Origin: Vermamoeba vermiformis | Lineage: Eukaryota | Direction of reading: 5' to 3' | DNA length: 64,000 nucleotides | NCBI GenBank assembly: GCA_045837725.1 | Contig: JBEWZL010000232.1 | Location: forward strand, 62,001 to 126,000 | Shown: in pieces, positions 27,061 through 42,613 of the stretch | Numbering within the stretch: position 1 is the first letter of the stretch | How the letters are laid out: every line of letters begins with the position of its first letter | The notes under the pieces: model-generated | Databases searched by the model: none | Seen by the model: only the letters and a program-made list of their open reading frames with translations | Told to the model about the DNA's origin: nothing | Position numbers and translations under genes: made by a program

Positions 27061-30000
27061 TTATTTACCAAACGCCTGAGCCATGAAGTGCTCGATCTCC
27101 ATCTTGTGTCGGTCGTAAGAAGCGGTAGCAGGAGAAGCAGCGCTAGCTCTACCAGCGTACAAAGGTTCAAACTTCTCACCTGAGTTTTCAAAACATGAGT
27201 TCGCGTTCGAATTTGAATTGTAGCGCTAAATCCGGTTACAAACCTCTGACTTTTCGGCCGGCAGTCTTGATGTGGAAGTAAATGAATGACCAAGCTCCCA
27301 TGTTCTTAGGCTCTATTAGGATTCATAGTGTTAGCGCCGCTCCGTAGCAAAGGCAATAAAATGAAAAAAACTTTTAAAATAGGAGATCCCATCTAAAAGG
27401 GCACAACACGCTACTTTGGGCGTGTAAGGTAGGAAATATTTTCCTTGTTTCATGAAATATGACTATCCAGGCAAATTGAAACACAAAGCTGAGGGAAAAT
27501 AAAAGTAGATCGTTTCGGCACGATCACCGACGCGATCCTCAATGCTTACCTTCTTGAACCCAGCAGACCTCAGCATTGGGGTACTTAGCAATAGTTTGAG
27601 CCATTTGAGTCCAAGGGAAGGGATGCAGCTGTTCTACGCGCACAATAGCGACGGTCTTGTCTTGGAGCACTTTGTTTCTGTGATCGCGCAATTCGTAGTA
27701 GACTTTGCCTGAGCAGAGCAACAACTTGCGGATCTTCTCGTCGGGCACCAAGTCGGTATCAGTTTCGGGGATCATAGGCCTAAATTTGTGTCACATTAAT
27801 GAATAGCTCGGACTAAAGTAACAAACATCGCCGATCGGTCAAATTCAACTGAGCTTCTGTGTTGGTATATAAAATCTTTTTGACCGATGATTGTTGGCAC
27901 CACAATCCACATATCGACGAAAACTACTTACTGGAATCTAACATCGTCACCAATGTCGTCGAATTGATCCAAGTCGGATTTAGCTTCGGGATGCCTAATG
28001 CAAAGACATTAGTAATTGCTCATTGCAAATGTTTACGGAAATGTGGTGAGCGTGCGCGTGCTTGATAGGAATTGTTAAGGAACATTGTAGTCCCGGTTAG
28101 TAAATCGCAACGCACCACTTCAGATCATACGCTAAAAATAATCTAAGGTATTTAAATCTGACTGCTCATGGCTCCATATAGCCAACGTGACCGTGGGCAC
28201 GGAAAAATTTAGAGTTGCCGCTTAATAAATGATTTCTGTGTTTAGCGCAAAAAAATCTTTTTTTTCTTGGAGATCCAACAAAACCTTGCTGAAAAGTTGA
28301 AGAAAAAAAAGGGTTCACTTACTTGAGCAAGCTCTTGGGAGTGGTAATCACAAGAGGTTTACGGAATTCGCGATGGATCTGTCGTCGCAACAAGTGGAAG
28401 TAGTTGGCAGGGGTCGTAACATTGCACACTTGCCAGTTAGCAGTCTGTTAAAACAAATCCGAAATTAATTAACGATTCATCTTTCAATTTGCTCTATAAT
28501 TATCAGTATCTTATGCCGATTATACCCAGTTGCTAAATTTAACGGTCTAATTATACGACCGAAAACTTCGTTAATTTCGCGCGCTATTTAAAGTAAATGC
28601 ACAAAGAAGGTTCGCTAATTGCGAGCGAAAGTGAATGCGAATTGCGCGAGGAATTATACTTCCAATATTGATAAATGTAACGTACCTGATCCAACAAAGC
28701 CAGCTCCTCTTCGGTGGGGAAGTGATCAGGATCTGAGTCGCAAAGTTGCAAGTAGCGCTCCATACGAGAGCTGCTGTGTTCAGGACCAGCGCCTTCGTAG
28801 CCATGAGGCAACAACATGACTAAGCCGGATTGGCGGTACCATTTCTTCTCGCCAGAGGACAAGAACTGATCGATGATGACTTGAGCTCCGTTGCTAAAGT
28901 CACCGAATTGAGCTTCCCAAATAACCAAAGCGTTAGGAGACTCGAGTGAGTAACCCAATTCAAAGCCGAGAACACCAAACTCGCTCAAAGTTGAGTTGAC
29001 AATGTCGATCGAGGCCTTGGCGTTGGGCAAGTGTTGAAGAGGGAACCAAGTCTTGCCGTTGTTTTGATCGTGCAACACGGCGTGACGGTGAGAGAAGGTA
29101 CCTCTCTGGCAATCTTGACCGGCAAGACGGACGTGATTGCCTTCTAACAAGAGAGTTCCAAAGGCCAAAGCTTCAGCGGTACCCCAGTCAAGTCCCTTGC
29201 CAGTTTGGAACATTTGCTTCTTGGCTGCGAGCAAACGACTGTTTCAAATAATAGTTAGACACGTTGTAAATTGCCTCGTAAGTTTCTTACGTCAATTGAG
29301 GGTGAGGGTTAAAACCTTCAGGGACGCTAGAGATGATCTCTCCGACTTGCTTCAAGACTGGCAAAGGAACACCAGTGTTCTTGATGCGAGCAGTTTGCTT
29401 GGGGCCTGTTTGTAATGAATAACGTTAATAAGTGACTAGACGTATTTTGCGCAATTTGAAGAATCGTTTAAGATCTGATCAGGATAAGAAAACGTACTCT
29501 TGAAGTCCTTCCACTTGGACTCTAACCAATCGCTAGCCTTAGGACGGTAGCTCTTGCTCGCCTCAAAAGCTTGGTTCAAAGAGGCATTGATTTGTTCCTT
29601 CATGCGAGCGAAGGCGTCTTCGTTAGTGAGACCCTCGTTGGCCAAGCGTTCGTAGTAGTAGTCCAAAGTAGCCTTGTGTTGATCAATGTTCTTGTACATC
29701 AAAGGTTGCGTGAATTTAGGTTGATCTTGTTCGTTGTGGCCGAAGCGTCTGTTCATTAAATTAGTACCGCGTAAACCAGATGCAGTTTTTAATTTTTAAA
29801 AAATTAGTATGAACAATTATTTACCTGTAGCAAATCAAATCGATGACTACGGATTTTTTGAACTAAAAATTAAAAATGTTAGTCAATGATGAATTTTGAT
29901 CTGACAGATCAGGCGAATTTTCCAACCGTACCTTTTGTCTCCATTCAGCGGCCAATTGGCAAGCATGAACAACAGCTTCGGGGTCATCAGCGTTAACGTG

Positions 30001-32236
30001 GAAGATAGGAGCACCAATAGACTTGGCAATATCGGTACAGTACTAAAAACAAAAAGTATAAGGATCCGCTTTCATTTACCGGAGAATTAAATATACGAGC
30101 CATTATTATCGCGTAATTTTGTTATATTATGATTCTTACCAAGCCACCACGAGAGTTTTGAGGGTTAGTAGTGAAACCAACTTGATTGTTGATGACAATA
30201 TGAACGGTACCACCAGTAGTGTAGTCAGGAACGCCAGCAAAGTTCAAAGTTTCCCAAACAACACCCTAGTAATAAAATATAATTAATACCAGTAAATGGC
30301 GAAAGAAAAAGATTCGACACGGATCCAAAAAAAAAAATTTGTTGCAAGCGTAACAATGAATTCATTTCGGGTTAATTTTTCGTCGCTGAAATCAAATTAT
30401 GCAAATGAACTAAGTAAAGACTCTGAAATAAATTTCCGAACAAGAGGACTTACTTGACCGGCGAATGAGGCGTCTCCGTGCAATTGGACTGCCATTGATT
30501 TGCTGCGCTCAACATCACCGCTGTAGTGTTGCTTAGCGCGGGTCTTGCCCTCAACAACAGGGTCGACGGCTTCCAAGTGAGAAGGATTGGCCAAGAGCGA
30601 CAAGTGCACTTTCTTGCCACTGCGAGTCGGTCTATCGTAAGAGGTACCCAAGTGATACTTGACGTCACCAGAGGCCCACTCGTCGTAGATAACAGCACCC
30701 TTCTCGAACTCGTACAACAACACTTCGAGAGGCTTGCGCACGACGTTACCGAGCACGTTCAAACGACCTCTGTGGGCCATACCAATCACAATTGATTCAA
30801 TGCCAATGTCGGCAGCTGTATCGATCATAGCTTTCATGCCAGGGATCAATGCTTCGCAACCGTCCAAACCGAATCTATATTAGGAAAGTTAGTGAGTTAA
30901 GTAATGACTATTTATGGTAAATAAATTAGCAGAGTCGTGAATTAATTGGCAAAATGTCAATAATTGTCGCATTATTGCGTTTTATAATATTATCCGTGCT
31001 ATCGATCGAAATTGGTCCACAAAAGCTCCATCGAAAAATATTGTGATTGAAAGTAAACAAATATTTTTTGTATTATATTCAATTATTTACCTCTTTTGAG
31101 TGGTCATCTTAACGCCCAAAAATCGTTCAAAGAAGGTGGCCCAAGCAAGGCGGTCCAAAATGAGAAGTTTGTCTTCCTGCAATAAAATGGTTTATGAGTT
31201 CAAAAGTCATCACGTGACACGAGCAGTAAATTCCTTTGCCGATTTGCATCTCTAATACTTTCAGACTTTACAGACGGAGTTAATTAATATGTTACGAGAC
31301 GACGGTTCGCGGATGTAGATCGCGAGGGGAAAAATAAATGCTCCAAAAAAATAGTGAACCGCCGAAATATGATGTAATTGATAATATATGTATTAAAAAA
31401 TAGCCGTAATATGGCAAGAATAATATTATAATTTTTCTATGGCTTACCTTGCTAAAAGAATATTTTCGCTCAGTTTCAAAGTGTTCCTTGATCCAGTTGT
31501 TCTCATCGCGGTTCTGAATGTGCATAAATTCGACACCAATATTGCTGCAATAGGTTTGCTTGAGCTTTTCCATAATTTCGCGGAGGGTTCGCTTGGGCTT
31601 GTTGCCAGACAAGAAGCCAGAGATGAGGCCAGGGTTCATAGGAATATAGAATTCGCGGTCCATATCAGCTTCGGTAAAGCCATAAGTCTCGGGTAATAAT
31701 TCAGGGAATACACGGGGCTTCGACATTCCGAGGGGATCGGTTTTAGCTTGGGTATGGCCACGGACTTGATAGCTGCGGACGAGCAGCATAATCTTCAAGC
31801 TGTCTTCAATAGTCTTCAAATCAACATTTCCTGAGGCAGCAGCAGCTTGAGCGAGGAAAGGTAAACCCTCCATCGTGATCACAGGATTAACTGTGTAGTC
31901 TCCGGGTTGAACTCCGTCGTCCAGCTTCGAGAAAAATTCAGCCCATGAAGGAGGAACGCTAGCGGCGTCTTGCTTCCAATTATCATAGAGATTATCCAAA
32001 TAATTGGCTGATGTCGCTGAAAGCCAACTCTCCGAGATCTGCTTCAATGTTGAGGGCTTTGGGGCTGCAGGTTGTGTAGAATAATTATTTGAGTGAATAA
32101 ATAAATTATTTTGGGCCTGCTGGGTCTGTTTTTGTTGTTTTTGCTTGATGGCGAAAAGGGCAGAAGAGTGACGAGATGCCGTGAGGCCTTTCTTCGCGGC
32201 TACACTAACCCTTCGCAATAATACTCGGGACAACAT
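27061..32236 (-). CDS. OGDH: Mitochondrial 2-oxoglutarate dehydrogenase E1, multi-exon
   Basis: Presequence-like N-terminus, [71 protein letters not shown]. Confidence 0.97.
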
Positions 32237-32549
32237 TATTCGTGGATGTGTGACTGAAAAAACAACAAAAATAAACGGTTTGAAGTTCGTGCGTTTTTTG
32301 TTCAGCTGAGTTTACGACCCCGGAAAAAAGCGAACACCAACTGCACGTGCTCTGCACTAGCCAAGAATTCTTAATAGGTGCGCTGTCACGATAACAAAAG
32401 TTAGGGCCTCCATATTGCATGACACGTATTTGAAGGGACCCATATAACCGTAACGGTTAGGTCGATCTGATCCTGATCAGCCACCGCACTGGCCCGAGGA
32501 CAACGCAACAAAACAAGGGAAAAGGATTATGAACAATAAAAAAGATAGT

Positions 32550-32622
32550 TGGATGCACAGGGTTTCGATCCCCGTACCTCCCGCATGCAAAGCGGACGTG
32601 CTACCAAGTGCACCATGCACCC
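32550..32622 (-). tRNA. tRNA-Ala(UGC)
   Basis: GGGTGCA...TGCATCCA acceptor stem with the G3.U70 alanine determinant, anticodon arm TCCGC-TTTGCAT-GCGGG, T-loop with A54, and a T6 Pol III terminator downstream. Confidence 0.93.
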
Positions 32623-32857
32623 TTGTTGAGGAACCGAAAGCGACGGTCGTGGGAGCCTCTTAAAAACGGGTAAGCTGTTCTTTACTTGCACTTTGGTTGG
32701 GTCCTTCTGCCGTTCCTCGCCGTTCTCTGTTTACTCGGGCGATCTCTGTTAATCGTGAGTATGCCGAGTGCTACTGTTGGTTCGCGGCTCGCGATTTCAA
32801 GTTCACTCAGTTAGTTGCGAGAAGTTTGGCGTCACGTTGTACTTTGTTTCTGAGCCT

Positions 32858-34257
32858 CTACGAGACCAAGTACTTTATCAATTCGCTGACTATTAACACA
32901 TTCAAGCTGTTGCCCAATAAACTGTACAATTGTTTGCGCGTGAAGTTCTTCTCGAACAAACTAAATTCTTGGCTCGGGAAGCCGTGAATATTCGCGATCT
33001 CTCGTGGACTGAAGTATCGCAGCTGTAATTTCTTCAGCGACTCGGGGTCACTTTCCACTGCCTTAATATCCTACACAACAGTAACGTTACAGTACTGGTA
33101 TTATAATATTAGGTCTAGTTGGCGTTACCTTATCTGCTAGCTGAATGACACTTCCCGTGCCTTCAACGTATCTTCCGTACGCCTTCGTGAAACAACATGA
33201 CCGCGTTGAGTCAGAGAGCGTAATATCTAACGTTACGTGAGTAAGTGACGTATATACGAGGCATTCATAATATAACAATTACCAAACAGCATTCCTGATT
33301 TAAGTAAAATGTTCTCGGGCACCATTAGCTCTGCTCGTTTTTCTTCGCTTAGTTCTTCTAAAAATTCACTCAATGGTCGTACATGGTGCGTTGAATTGCC
33401 TTGTACATCGAAGTAAGTGCTGTTAGGAATGAATTGAAGACAAGGCTCTGTCTGACTCGGGACATCCGTAAACGGCTTGTTCTTGCGAGCCTAAAATCGT
33501 TTGATCAATATTAAAAAGGCTCGTATATTTAGTAATTTCTAAGCCAGTATGACGATAGATAGTTGGATGATCGTGACACGTACCAGACAGAAGTAACGCA
33601 GGCGCGAGTTTGGAATACCGAATTGACTCGGTGTTAAATGAAATTCTTGGAAGTGGTAATCACATGCTTGAAATTGGTCGACTAATAACCGCCTTGTTTC
33701 CGAGATCTGATCCAGAAAATTAAAATCGATTAAAATAATTCGTAGGATTTTAATTACCTCAAATCCTTTAACATTCTCTATTAATATGTACATTGGTGGC
33801 TTTTGAAGCTTTGGCAGAATTTTTATAAGGTGCAGAAAGCTCTGTGCTCGTTGATCTTCAGTATCGCGTTGTTTACCTTCAAAAAATATTAATAATTGTA
33901 GATATATATACAATAAATTATACCAATTCGTGTGTATGGCTGGCAAGGCGGCGAAAGAAGCCACATCCGAGCTTTATGCTGATCTAATTCAACCGGTGAT
34001 AGCGACTCGATGCTTTTCTATTATAAACCCTTAGTAATCGCGTACAGTCTTTCATTAATCGTAATGGTGCGTACTTGATTGACTTTCTGTTTGAAGTTGC
34101 GTAAATACAGGTCATTAGCATTGGTGTTTATATCGAAGGCCTGTACGACATCGCCGTGCCAGCCAGAAAGCTTTAATCCGCAATGCAAGCCACCTATGCC
34201 ACTATAAAATTCAAGCGCTCGTTGTGGAGCTTGATCTGCGGGCGTGTTGTGTTCCAT
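32858..34257 (-). CDS. TRDMT1: tRNA (cytosine-38) C5-methyltransferase DNMT2
   Basis: Motif I LEFYSGIGG, IV LLSPPCQPY, VI ILIENVKGF, VIII QFGIPNSRLRY, the DNMT2-specific CFTKAYGRYVEGTGS, and X LGNSLNV. Confidence 0.95.
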
Positions 34258-34762
34258 CTTCGAGCGTAAACAAAATTCTTACGCAACGAACACTTGCACC
34301 TTCGTTACCCATCTTTTCGCCTTGGAGTAGTTCGTGTGACGAATGAGGTCTTTACTAGTATGGTTAAGGAACTGAACGTGGTTGTGGTGACGTATCGAGC
34401 TCCTAATTAGTAAATTCAAATGAAAGACCGGCCCGCCTTCATAGGTTTTGAAGACAAAGCAAATTTCTGCAGCGGCTTCATATTGGCAATTCTGAATAAA
34501 TTTACATTTTTTATTGGACAGCATCCAAACTGAGCTTCGTCACACAAACGAAGTTTCTGAGCATAATTCCACCTTGAAATATTGGCAACTCACTAACGAC
34601 GTCGTCGTCGCGTAGTGCATGACTAAGACTAGCTGGTGAGTTTCTCCACAATTTACATTCCACGCGCCTCAAAGATTTTCTATATTTAGGCTAGTCACGC
34701 GTTTTTGGCCTCATTTCAACTAATTACTACGTCACGTATAACACATCTCTCGCTTATTAATA

Positions 34763-37739
34763 ATGGGTGGTAAAGTCGCTAAAATTGACGCATTCCAAGC
34801 ACACAAAGTGCCTGGTACTGGCAAGGACGGCGAATCAGCAATTTATCGAAGCAAACTTGCTGGTGACAAGCTTTGTACCTCTATTTGGGACGACTGCAAG
34901 ACACTATGGGACACATTCAGGTAAATATCTTGCATTATTTTTCTGCAATATTTTGAGCTCGATCTGAATCTCCACGCGACATCTCAGTAACGTATTATTT
35001 GTAGCCGAGGTGCGCGGTTGTATCCAAAGAACCCCTGTTTTGGTGTACGCGAAGTAAAGGCTGACGGCACTCGCGGTCACTTTAAATGGGAGACGTATGA
35101 ACAAATCTACAACAAGACTTTGCAAGTGGGTTCAGCTTTGGCTGAGCTTGGCTTCTCAAAGGTACGTATTATACTTTATTATATTACCGTTTGAGAATCT
35201 TATTTTATTTCTAAAAATACAATAAAAGAAACAATTCGAGATCCGTTGACTAAACTTGACTTAGGGTTCCAACATTGGTATCTATGCTGTCAATCGCCCT
35301 GAATGGGTTATGACCTCGTCTGGTTGCTATTCTCAGAGCTTAGTTCCTGTTCCTTTGTACGACACTTTGGGTAAGACGATCGAAACTATTAATTGACGAA
35401 AAGATTTTCAAATTCTAATCGCAATTTAATTGCCTATATTTATATACTGATTTTTTAATACATTTTTCTCGTTCAATTTTGAGCGGAACTCTTCCACATG
35501 ATCGCGGGCCGCATTATGAGACATAACTAAATTTCCTTGCCTTGTAGGTCCTGAGGCTGTTGCCTATATTATTAACCAAGCTGAAATTGGTGCTGTCGTT
35601 TGCAGCTCTGACAAGATTACCAAGGTAATCCTCGTTACACGATCCTCATCCTGACTTCCGCTTTGTGAACCTCTTACTAACCCTCTTTATTTTTTCTTAT
35701 AGTTCTCTAACACCAAGGACTTCCCCACCTTGAAGTACATCATTTCTATGGACGAAACAGACACATCCAAGTTCGATCTTGCCGGCGTAAAGGTGTTGGC
35801 TTGGAGTGAACTTCTCAAACTCGGCGCGGAGCACAAGCACGACGTCGTGCCGCCTAGCCCTGACAGTCTCGCTACTATCTGCTACACTAGCGGTACTACA
35901 GGCAATCCTAAGGGTGTCATGTTGTTGCACTCCACCATCTACGCTGAAGTCTCGGCCGCGCACATGATTGGCCTCGACTTGAGCCACAACGACGTCTACC
36001 TCTCGTACTTGCCTCTGGCTCACATCTACGAGAAGTTCTTGATTGAAGCTTTGCTCGCTGTTGGTGCTATGATTGGTTTCTTCTCAGGCGTAAGTGTGAC
36101 ACTACATCCAGACCCCGTCAAGCAAATTTTCTTGGCAAATCAAGATTTATAATAGTAATATTACTATAGAACGTTTATTTATAATTATGGGTGATTTACT
36201 TTCGCTCCGCAAGCGTATCAACCAAAAATGTGAATTTTTTTCGATTTTTCGTGTTCTTGACGAGACAGTAGTGCTGTCACATGTCTCTTAATTAAATTGA
36301 ATCATAGTATACTAACAATAGCCTTTTTCTCACTACAGCAAGTCTTGCAATTGATGGACGACATTGCTCAATTGAGACCTACACTCTTTGCTTCAGTTCC
36401 TCGTCTTTTCAACCGAATTTACGACAGAATTCGCGGCACAGTTAAGGCCGAAGGAGGCATGAAACAGACCATCTTCGAGAAGGGTTACAAATCTAAGCTC
36501 GATGCCTTGAAGAAGGGTCACGTGCCCGAGTCTTTGATGTGGGACAGCTTGGTCTTCAAGAAGGTCCGTGCTCGCCTCGGAGGTCGTGTCCGCTTGATTA
36601 CTAGCGGTGCTGCTCCTTTGCAATCTGAAGTCCACGACTTCTTGCGCGTCTGCTTCTGCGTGCCTGTCTTGCAAGGCTACGGCTTGACCGAGACTACTGG
36701 TGGATCTGTCGCTCAAAGCCAAAACGACTTGACCTCTGGCAACATTGGTACTCCATTCCCCTGCATTGGTGAGTATATTAATGATAGTGGCGAGTATTCT
36801 CGTTCTTTGCTAATGTTGTTTTATTGTGTAGAATACAAGTTGGTTGACGTCACTGAAATGAACTACATTGCTCACCCCACTGACCCCGAAGCTCTTCCTC
36901 GTGGTGAAATCTGCTTCAGAGGCCCGTCCGTCTTCGTTGGTTACTACAAGATGGAGGATAAGACGTAAGTGCGAGTTTCAAACCTTAGTGCCAGATCTGG
37001 ACTTCGTCGTGACTTTTACTCATGTGTTTTATTGTAGTAAGGAAGTCGTTGATGAAGACGGCTGGTTCCACACTGGTGACATTGGTCAAGTCAATGCCAA
37101 CGGTACTTTGTCCATTATTGACAGAAAGAAGAACATCTTCAAGTTGTCTCAAGGAGAATACGTCGCGTGAGTACCACATGATAAAATAACTATAGCAACG
37201 ATCTCTAACTATCCCTTGTTAGTGCTGAATACATCGAAGGTGTCTACTTGCAATCGCAATTCGTGCAACAAATCTTCGTGTACGGTGACAGCCACAAGTC
37301 CGTCTTGGTCGCCATTGTCGTCCCCAAGCCTGAGAACTTGATCACTTGGGCCCAAAAGCACACTGACTGGGCTGAAGTCAAGGACGTTGAAGTCAAGGAC
37401 ACCAAGTCCCTGCCCGCCGTCTTGGCCCAAATCTGCGGCAAGCCTGAGGTCAAGAAATTGATCCTCGATGACATGAACAAGGAAGGCAAGGCCAAGGGCG
37501 TAAGTACTCACGAATAGCACCGCACATGCTATGTCACGTGACTCACTCTTGTTTGTGTTTAGTTGAAGGGCTTCGAGTTCGTGAAGAACATCTACGTCGA
37601 GTCGCAAGAGTTCACCGTCGAGAGTGACTTGATGACACCGACCTTCAAGCTCAAGCGACCACAAGCCAAGGACAAGTATCAAAAGCAAATTGATGACTTG
37701 TACGCTGAGTTCGAGGCCAACGCTCCCAAAGAGCAGTAA
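34763..37739 (+). CDS. ACSL: Long-chain fatty acyl-CoA synthetase, multi-exon
   Basis: [71 protein letters not shown]. Confidence 0.95.
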
Positions 37740-38428
37740 GCTGACAGCTCGGTAGGCACGTGCACCTGACGTGTCTTGTGTATCTACTTAAACTCTAGGA
37801 CACTGCGCGAGAGTGTCTAAAACCCATATAAAATAGTCTAATTTATTATACTTTTATAAATAAACTGTGTTTTGCGTAAAAACCTTCGTGCACCTCTTCG
37901 TTGCCTTTGTCTGGTACAAACTCCCTGTTCGAAGTTCGATCAAAGGTTCTCGCCCCGTTGCGAACAATTTTTCTCATTCTGATAGCCACGCCAAAATTGT
38001 GACTTGACCGTTGCAGCCGTCTTTACCCCCTTTTGTTCGGTCTCCATTGACGTCCCATTGCATAGTTAGCTATCATAATATCCACGGACCATAACCGCAA
38101 GCTGGTACTTAGTGGACTCTTAATTGAATTTTCCGTCTTTGTGAAAATATCTCTGCTCTTTCGTGTCACATCTAGCTCCGTGAGGTATACTGCAATCTTC
38201 TTCGTGTAATGATTTATTATGCTCTTTATTATGATAAATCAGAAATTTTCGTATTTAAGAGCAACGAATTGTTGGATTTATTTTACATAACTTTGGAACA
38301 AAAATAATTAAGAGATATTACAAAGAGTTCATATTATTGTCGATAATACTAATCTTTGCAATTTGAGTTGTTTAAAGACCACTGAGTTTCTTTGATCGAA
38401 ATCAGATTTGTTAAAAATGATACAAGGC

Positions 38429-39280
<852 letters not shown>

Positions 39281-39513
39281 TCATTTTATCAATTTTATTT
39301 TAGGCGAAATTTCACCGTCTTTATTTGAATTCGCGCTCTAAGCCAAATAAAGCACATAACCTGACGTCGGCAATTTAATGGAATTGTGTACGCAGGGAGG
39401 CTACTTTCTGATAAATATCTCGTTTTGGATCTAGAACAGTGGTTTTTCAGATAACAGATGAGACCTGACTAGGCCTTATTTACTATATTACAATAAAGGT
39501 GACTAAAAAATCA

Positions 39514-41955
39514 TTATGAGTGAAGGTTCTCCGCGCTCTGGAACGGATACATGTTCGCGGTCCAGTTCGCTGGCTTGTGGTGCTTCTCGTTCGATCCACT
39601 GCTGTTGCTAGAGCTCTTGCGCGAGTGGGACTTCTCCTTCTTCGCGTGCTCTCCTGGACTCTTCTTGACCTTGATGTCATCGGGGTACATGTTAGGGCCA
39701 GCATTGCCATTGTTGTGATGAGCTTTAGGAGGTGGATTGGACACGAGATTTGTGGGCTGGTTGACGCTCTCGCCATAATTCATCGCTGGATTGATTACAT
39801 GCGTCTCCTTGTTCGGAGCAACATTATTGTTAGGAGGAGGCACTGCATTGGCATTGGAGACCACTGCTGAAGTAATGGACGGGCGCAACATTGAGCTCTG
39901 CGACCTGCGGATCTCTTTTATCACGGCCTTTTGGTTCTTCAGCTCATAAATAATATCCAAGATCATATCGAGGATGATTGGCGCCTTGACCGTGTGTAAG
40001 TTAAACACTTCGTATTCATTCTTATCTCTGTTGAATGCACGGAATATGAATGATTTTCCATCGGGAGTCACTTGCCAGTTTGAGATCTGATTCCACAAGA
40101 AACTGCGCAGTAAACGCTATCGATAATATGAGTATATACTCGTCTAGTGTATATTACGCTACATACGTGGTTGTTAGGGTTGACCAAGTGAATTCCTTCC
40201 ATATTAAGACCTACAATGGTCGAGCCAGATGTAGCCTCCTGACCAAAGAATCCTGTAAAGATTGCGTTTGTATTAATACTCCGACGTGCATATTAACATA
40301 TTATAGCGTTAATAACCGTACCTGTGTCTTTAATACTGGCTTGACCGATCTTGGCGTGTACGAATGATGAACCATAGTATGGCTTCATACGAACACGTTG
40401 CAAGTACAGCAGCTCGAGAATGAGCTTGTCCTTATTCGCCAATTTTTGGTGTTCGAAGGCGATTTGACGCTCCCATTGTTCTGCGCTGTAAGCTTTGATC
40501 AAGTACTGCGGGATGTACATGGCCAAGTTTCCACTACAAAAGTCGTTAGAGATTTATCGGCCATTGATATCTTATATCAAATACTTACATGATATAATTT
40601 TGGTGTTTAGCCTTGTCATAGTTGCCGAGGCGGATCTGCGCTTCGGTCGCGGCCAAGTGAACCGCATCTTCTTTAGAAATAACGTAGTTTTGTCGTTTGA
40701 CATTAAACATTGACTAATAAGGCAATGGATTAGTCCCGTGGAAGTCTTACGACAATTTTAGTTAAAATATAACTCTCGTGGAGTCGATCCGGAGAAGGAA
40801 AATTGGATGTGTTTTAGCAAACCAAACTAAAAATACTTACTTGGACAAAGAAGAGATGGACGGCGCGTGTGTCCTTAACTTTACGTTCTGTAGCCAAATT
40901 GAGCGAGATTGAAGTTCTGAAAACAAATCTGCATGGGCTTCGATTAACAACTCCAAACTGGTTCTCAATCAACGGCCACTCCTCTTGAATTCGTGCGATC
41001 AAGTCGTCTCCACGGAGTAGCAACTCTATATGGCGTTAGATCGTGTTAATAACGAAGCACGAGATCAAATTCCGATCGACCGATCTTATATTCAAAGGCG
41101 TAATTAAGGGGCTTACCGAGTTCATCACTAGCTACCCATATAAAGAAGCATGTTCTAGCCTCTGGCGCGAGATTTAAAGTTTCGCAAACAGCCCACCAGA
41201 CCTGAAGCCACATACCGTTACACAGACATTCAAACTCGCTTAATAATCATTACTTACGTCTTCTGCAGTAGTCTCGTGAGGATTGACGGCGACAGGGATC
41301 TTATATGAGTCCAAGAAGTGCACTGTAATGGTTTTGATGTCTCGTTTGTTCTCGATCGAGATGGAGTTTCCGATCGCGGCAACCCACTCGTCCATTTCTT
41401 CTCTAGTACTTGCTCTGAATTTGAACCTATACCACGCAAGTCGATGTTAGTGTCATTGAAGGAGATTCAGCGGAGATCAGGTGGAATTTTGAATCATTAC
41501 CATAGATCGACGGTGTTGCCAATAATAAACTCGAAGTGACGCGGATCTGTTATTTTAACTTCTAATCCACTCAATGATACGTGATTGAGACCCTTCTCTA
41601 TTAAATGAAGCGACATTAATTAAAAATTATGGTAATTTCTAAGCGGCTAAATTAATTATCATAAATTGGGAGATTACTGTTATGAGTATCATATGAACGT
41701 AATATTATCATAATACAATATTATATATCGAGAAAATGTCGGTTAGTCGGCATAATAAATTATTATTTCGTAATTTGACCGGTACAAGAGGCGATTTTAA
41801 ATAAGTGATAGTTATAATAATAGAATACTATTAATATGGATCTTACTCTTATCTTTGCTCATAAAAGTCATCAATTTGTTATCGTAGAGCTGTACATAAC
41901 GTTTATCCCATCTGCCATTGATCTTCGGATGTTTCTTCTTCAAATATCCTTCCAT
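39514..41955 (-). CDS. PH + FERM (band 4.1) domain protein with low-complexity C-tail
   Basis: MEGYLKKKHPKINGRWDKRYVQL (PH). AVHLFFVQ, EDAVHLAA..AQIRLGNYD, YIPQYLI, YLQRVRMKPYYGSSF (FERM). Start tentative. Confidence 0.8.
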
Positions 41956-42613
41956 CTTCGGCAGCTATATATTCTTGTTTAGCAATAATAAAATATTACA
42001 ATGTTGTAAGGTGTAAACAATAAGCTCTGGTAATGACAGGGAATTTGAATTAAAAAAATTAAGTCCAGAGGAAAAATTCCAGGTCATTGTTTAGTCACAG
42101 AACCGCGAGATACATGCGAAACAATTTTGGAGATCACGTTGTGCACTATTTTTTTAATGTTTACGTGCTCCAAAAATCACTTTTGTGTGGTCGGTTGGAA
42201 ATCTGATTCGTTTTTCAATTACTCACCGTGACATCGCTGAAGGTGTGACTGCGCACTCTACTCTCGTGTATTATATCATCCATGTCTTATTGTTGCATGC
42301 GCTTTTATGGGGAGTTAAAAATCAAACTGTCATGTCAAGCAGTCAATGAATATGTCAGTGCAGCTCGTCAACAAAACCTAGTAACACCAAAGGAACTTTT
42401 TGGTTAAGAGCATCATACAATTTAACGTCCTTATTGTGCAGGTGAGTATTGACATCAATCAGTGTCGAAGATCGCAGAATCAGACCGTGAAATTTAAATT
42501 TGTATTTTTCATAAAGTTGCCTACATGTTATTACAAATTAATTAATTTAATTCTTGATTTTTGAAATGATATCCGAATTACGTTTATTTACATTTTCAGT
42601 TACGATCAGATAA

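Noticed and set aside
32550-34257. tRNA gene directly downstream of DNMT2, suggesting an enzyme-substrate pair
   Set aside because: This tRNA-Ala has U at position 38. DNMT2 methylates C38, mainly of tRNA-Asp, so adjacency is probably incidental.
32858-34257. C5 methyltransferase as part of a restriction-modification or DNA-defence system
   Set aside because: The CFT motif and introns identify eukaryotic DNMT2; no nuclease is nearby.
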